From: Eledone cirrhosa
Taxonomy: Eukaryota
Assembly: GCA_964016885.1 (NCBI GenBank)
Contig: OZ024742.1
Span: 332,568,001 to 332,632,000 of the forward strand
Direction of reading: 5' to 3'
DNA: 64,000 nt
The notes beneath the pieces were generated by a model. That model was not told the DNA's origin and searched no databases. It saw only the letters and a list, made by a program, of their open reading frames with translations. The translations under genes were made by a program, and so were the position numbers. Positions 60,438 through 64,000 of the stretch are shown piece by piece; positions within the stretch are counted from its first letter, which is position 1, and each line of letters starts with the position of its first letter.

Positions 60438-61364
60438 CTTTCTAAAATAATAATAGAGATATGAGCTTCAGATCACATCAGGATTTCACGATATTTGATG
60501 TAGAGTCGGAGGGGAGTGTTGGATGGTATTATATGATCCATAGATTTAGCTAAAGAATTGTCATGGGAAGCGGGTTTGCTGTTTCAATCAAGAAAACGAA
60601 AACGACTGAGAAATACCGGAAGGGTCCTTCTAAGAATAGATAACTATCTTTCAGAAAAATAATAAACAAATACGTAACAAAATTGGATAATGGGCCATCC
60701 AGATATTAAGGGAAATGGGAAATCAGATGAATTAGAAAAAGAGGGAGTAAACTGGCAAATAATAGTTATAAACTACATTTCAAATCTATGCAACACAAAT
60801 AATTTAGCCAAAATATAATCAGTTAAGGGTGGGAATATTTTCGAGAAGAAACTAATGATAAGCTATTTAATTTCAATCTTCTACTCTCTCAGCCAGATAT
60901 GTCAATAAAATTAGAGCCTATTAGATAATGAATAATGTTAATAAACAAAAATTATGGCTTCGAACGTGGGATATAACTGTAAACTGTATTTTATCACGAA
61001 CAGGCCGTATATAATCAGCTGTATATTCTTGTGTGGAGTGTTTAGAAACTAATTCGAGCTATTTATTCTAATGCGGAAATTACGAATCTGAGAGAGAGGA
61101 CATTTTGAAATTGATAATTATAAAATTGCCAGGATTAGAGGTATCCCAATTATAAATAAAAGTCTTCAGTACACGGACATCAGGAAAAGTTTCAACAAAA
61201 TAAACATTTAGCTGTTGCTCTTGTTTTCCAAATTTTAAAATATTATTTATGCTTGTTCTCACTCCGATTGGTCTTCCCATATTTTTTATCTATCTTGTTT
61301 TTATTCCTTCATTGACAGCCTCTGCTTGTTTAATTGGCTGTTCTAGCGATGAGATTTCTCATAT

Positions 61365-61421
<57 letters not shown>

Positions 61422-61751
61422 CTTCGTAAAAATATGCACACACACTCTTTTACTCACATATACACACACACATTTCTTCTTGGTTTCGTACGGACCTATA
61501 ATAACACACACACAAACACAAGCTTACGCACGTGCTCAGTTATAGCTATTTTTAAAAACGTTTTTTTTTTCTTTTCAGGTAGACGCGCTCCAACATCCAC
61601 TTTTCTAAAAAAAACAAATCATACACAAAACGCCAGCACCAACAGTTTTGCAAGAGATGTCAAAAATGAATGGACCTGTTATTTTTATCTAAAGACATTT
61701 ATTCCAATTCATCCCGCCCGTCCCCATCAATCTATTTTATTTCTCACTCTT

Positions 61752-61787
61752 TCTTCTGATGAAGGACTAGCGTCCGAAACGTTAAGA
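61752..61787 (+). ncRNA. Minimal type-I HHR
   Basis: UCUU-CUGAUGA-A-GGAC uagc GUCC-GAAA-CG-UU-AAGA, with palindromic ACGU stem III typical of PLE HHRs. Confidence 0.88.
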
Positions 61788-61928
61788 CCCTCTTCCTGCT
61801 ATATCAAGCGTTAACCTAATATATATCTCCATATACTGTACCGATTGTGTTGTTATTTCTGTTTACCTTATACACACACATGCACACACATGCACACACT
61901 CGCACGCACACACACACACGCACACACA

Positions 61929-61971
<43 letters not shown>

Positions 61972-61972
61972 A

Positions 61973-62050
<78 letters not shown>

Positions 62051-62315
62051 TTTATATATTTATATTTATAAGAGGAAAAACAAGCGTACCGTTGTTTTTT
62101 TCCTTTTCCTTTTCAGAGCGAGCTGAGTAGCCGCATAAGGGAAGACATTTGTTCTCGGTATGGTAAACTAACAGATGTGGAACTACTTCTACCAAACTCG
62201 TCCCATGGACTGAATGCTTTACTGCTACGGATAAAACTGTCCATTGTTCTGCTATTATATATATATATATACTGTATATATTTAAAAAAATAGAGGTGTG
62301 ATACACGTGTTGTGA

Positions 62316-62506
62316 TATATTCGTAAAAAGGAAAAGAAAATGCTGACAAATTTGTCCCAGTCAAAAATAGTTTAATTAGAAATAAGTATAAATTATTAAT
62401 AAGTATTAGTTAGTATTCAGCTAATACTTTTTGCTAATTTATACTTATTCCTAATGAAACTATTTTTCACTGGGAAAAATTTGTCAGCATTTTCTTTTCC
62501 TTTTTA

Positions 62507-62514
<8 letters not shown>
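62316..62514. repeat. ~200-bp palindrome next to a (TA)n tract
   Basis: gtaaaaaggaaaagaaaatgctgacaaattt / aaatttgtcagcattttcttttcctttttac. Confidence 0.8.
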
Positions 62515-62556
<42 letters not shown>

Positions 62557-62699
62557 TATATTATATGTGATAGCAAGTTATCGTTTTAGGTAATCCAGAA
62601 GGTAATCTAGTGGTCGAGTGAGGCAATTCCAAATGGTCAGCGGCCTTTAGATTCACCTGATCAAAGAAACAATTGTGCATACTGTAAATAAAATTGTAC

Positions 62700-63345
62700 A
62701 GCCGACCATCAGGCTCAGGCGCCAGCTCGACCATCACCGCCTTGCTTTTTTTCGTGCGGCCTCCAAACCACACAGTGGTGCCTCGCTCCATGCCTTGCCC
62801 TCCTTTTCCACTGGCACGCAGCTAGGCAAACATAGCCTGTGAATCGGCGTGCCCCTGAGGCTCGGCTTCCGGATCTGCCAGCCACACCAATGTCGCTGCA
62901 GTTCCACCGTGGACTCTTTCGGCCTCTACCCGCTTTCCTGTCGTCACAGTGCCGGCCGCATTCCATGCCATGCTGCGCTCCCAGCTCGAGCCGGTGGGGA
63001 TGGATCGAGGGGACCGCAAAAGGCCAGATGGCATGACCATCTTCCCGTCCCACGGTGGTAAAACCCTCGTCTGGGGTGCCCCATGCACCGACACTTTCTG
63101 CAGGCGCAACCTCGTGCAGTCTGCGACTGACCCAGGTTCTGCTGCACGTCGGGCTGAGGTGGCCAAACTCCTCAAATACCGGTGGCAGAGGAGACTTCTG
63201 GTGTCCTCGGCCCCAGGCCTACCTCCTTACTCACCACCATAGGCGGTGAGCTGGCCAGCCTCAGGTGGGGCGCCGCGAATTGAAGTGGCTTTTCCAGCGC
63301 GTCTCCCAAGCCGTCTACCGGGGAAACGCCTTCTCCATTCTGTTC
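62700..63345 (+). pseudogene. CRE-like non-LTR retrotransposon C-terminus (Zn knuckle and restriction-like endonuclease), frameshifted
   Basis: LRLGFRICQPHQCRCSSTVDSFGLYPLSC..SAGR; EPVGMDRGDRKRPDGMTIFP..GKTLVW..CTDT; AARRAEVAKLLKY; WLFQRVSQAVYRGNAFSIL. Confidence 0.8.
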
Positions 63346-63534
63346 GGCGGGGCTGTGGGTGGGCCCGATCGCATATCGTTGTAGTTGTTGTATACAGATA
63401 TTAACTCATCAATCCCATTGTCCTAACATAGAAGATTATGTATTAACACCTGTTATTCTTCACTCTTTCACTATATTATATTATAGTGTATTACACACAC
63501 ACGCACAGACACAGACACATACACACACACACAC

Positions 63535-63570
<36 letters not shown>

Positions 63571-64000
63571 GATTTTTTATATATATGAGTGTAAATACAT
63601 ATATAACGCGCGGGCGAGAATATATGAAGACGGTGATATATGAAAGAAAATATTGTGCACATAAGAAAATTGAACCCTCATACCAGAACCACCAATATTT
63701 CTCCACCATCGCCACAATTATCAAACCCTCTACCACACATATTCCAGGTGCCCAACGGCAATCTTCAAAGCCTCAACACCACCAACAGCTCAAAACCCAA
63801 CAAAACTAGTCATCATAAGAACAATTCTCAGCAAAAACATCCCAACTATCACTGCCACACCAGCATCATCAACACCACAACAATGTGCTTTACAACAACC
63901 ACCATCATATCTTCCCCACCACCACCACCACTACCATCACCAGCAGCAGCAGCAGCAACAACAGCTACCTCCTACTACATCATTACTATGACCATTACGT

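Noticed and set aside
60440-61350. Possible decayed LINE fragment
   Set aside because: No diagnostic motif could be read with confidence.

Overview
AT-rich, microsatellite-saturated animal DNA. The repeat content is most consistent with a coleoid cephalopod such as Octopus (inference). It holds one host coding exon: the first coding exon of a heparan sulfate glucosamine 3-O-sulfotransferase (minus strand, ~5452-7528) with an unusually long stem region. The rest is mobile DNA: three Penelope-like retroelements (PLEs; two with RT plus GIY-YIG, one with only GIY-YIG recognisable) with inverted terminal duplications, two CR1/L2-group LINE copies, RTE, CRE-like and mariner remnants, and many tRNA-derived SINEs. 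The main signal, found by manual folding, is more than a dozen type-I hammerhead ribozyme (HHR) motifs in PLE terminal repeats and in short non-coding elements inserted in (TA)n tracts. They include variants with ~115-nt stem II or ~65-nt stem III extensions and a 518-bp tandem retrozyme-like unit. Several unrelated families of palindromic elements have their symmetry axis inside the ribozyme's stem II, which suggests recurrent cDNA fold-back at the ribozyme hairpin. Most ORFs in the supplied track are microsatellite artefacts.
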